The notes under the pieces: generated by a model | Database searches by the model: none | What the model saw: the letters and a program-made list of their open reading frames with translations, nothing else | Told to the model about the DNA's origin: nothing | Shown: piece by piece, positions 63,177-64,000 of the stretch | Layout: each line of letters begins with the position of its first letter | Numbering within the stretch: position 1 is the stretch's first letter | Translations under genes and position numbers: made by a program | Assembly (NCBI GenBank): GCA_000165345.1 | Contig: CM000436.1 | Span: 672,001 to 736,000 of the forward strand | DNA: 64,000 nt | Direction of reading: 5' to 3'

Positions 63177-63184
63177 GGCGCCCC
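63177..63184. promoter_or_regulatory. E2F-like TGGCGCC core followed by a C5 run, in the intergenic region downstream of EMC3 and upstream of the next gene.
   Basis: Direct reading: tataaTGGCGCCccccaaaac. Confidence 0.25.
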
Positions 63185-63901
63185 CCAAAACTAATAATTC
63201 CCAATTGCTAACTAAAATTTTAAAAAATGATTTAGTATTTATATATTTAAATGCATAGCTTACGATATATCTAATTTCTTTCTGCATTTTTCACGGCCCT
63301 ATAGCTATTAGAAATTTGAATTTATTTGAATGTGCCAGTAACAAGGAATTAGTAGAACACTATAAAGATGTAAGGGCTTAGACATGTAATGCACGCAGTT
63401 CTTGTCTTGTCTAACTTAACCACACTTTTTATCGAATAAATTGATAAATAATACCCCATTAACGCCATATCGTGGGATAGTTGGAATATTCCATTTAATT
63501 TGAATTTTTGTTCGTTTTATTCATATTAAAACATATTTTGAGGAGATACAATTTACGCTATTCGAGATTGTACACTTTTTAAAGTGAATTGCCAGATTCT
63601 TACTACATTGAATATTTCTGGATAATTCCGGTGAAAAAGTCTAACAACTTATTTTTCAGAAAGCAGTACATATTCTCTAAACTATTAATAACTTTAATAG
63701 CTTTAAACAATTTTCATCTATTGCTTTTGGCGAATCTTGAAATTTGAATAATTTCTAGATCTAAGAGTTTTGCAGTTTGATATAAAGCGTTCGTTATTAA
63801 TCCAATAAAAATTTCAATTTCTGGTAAACTTGAATATTGTATAAGCTAATATTTATATACAAACTTAAAAATAAAAAAAAATATATTTAAAGCTATTAAC
63901 T

Positions 63902-64000
63902 ATGAGCGACAATTTACAATCAGAAAAAATTAATCAAGACTCCAGCCCGAGAGAGTCTAAATTTACCGAAATAAAAATCAATTCTGGTGAAAACCCAGTA
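63902..64000 (+). CDS. Possible 5' end of a gene that continues beyond the window (MSDNLQSEKINQDSSPRESKFTEIKINSGENPV...).
   Basis: ATG at 63902 with an open frame to the window end. There is no other support. Confidence 0.2.
   Translation, partial: MSDNLQSEKINQDSSPRESKFTEIKINSGENPV

Overview
This is a eukaryotic window, not a prokaryotic one. It is about 68-70% AT, gene-dense (roughly one gene per 2.5 kb) and made up mostly of very long uninterrupted ORFs. A few introns are short (45-133 nt) with GTAAGT...YAG boundaries, and E2F-like GGCGCC motifs recur in intergenic regions. Together these fit a Cryptosporidium-like apicomplexan chromosome segment; that organism assignment is my inference and needs BLAST confirmation. 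There are no CRISPR arrays, IS elements, rRNA or tRNA genes.

Recognisable genes, in window order:
- a partial secreted protein with a Sushi domain and a mucin-like tail
- an HRD1-type RING E3 ligase (ERAD)
- a degenerate SHMT-like paralog about 2.2 kb from the canonical serine hydroxymethyltransferase, both on the minus strand
- an intron-split Q-SNARE
- ATG3
- an NSE2/MMS21 SP-RING protein
- a 3488-aa alpha-solenoid giant protein
- a secreted GMC oxidoreductase
- a zf-HIT protein
- a PheA-type FAD aromatic hydroxylase, with an intron that the ORF track splits
- a mitochondrial/mitosomal-type adrenodoxin reductase (FNR)
- an M16C PreP/falcilysin-like peptidase
- a SET1/MLL-type H3K4 methyltransferase with bromodomain and PHD fingers
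- an ISWI remodeler with a poly-Glu/Asp tail encoded by a GAA/GAT microsatellite
- a 4-exon EMC3 gene that the ORF track shows only as fragments

The ORF track labels non-ATG codons (TTG/GTG) as M. I moved several starts to the first in-frame ATG and say so in the evidence.

The points that most deserve a second look are:
- the degenerate SHMT-like paralog next to the canonical SHMT
- a GMC oxidoreductase and a phenol-hydroxylase-like monooxygenase within 6 kb of each other, with adrenodoxin reductase and an M16C protease adjacent
- several multi-exon genes (SNARE, monooxygenase, EMC3, the 56870 gene, and the 5' exon of the large membrane protein) that a pure ORF approach mis-models
- recurring E2F-like promoter elements
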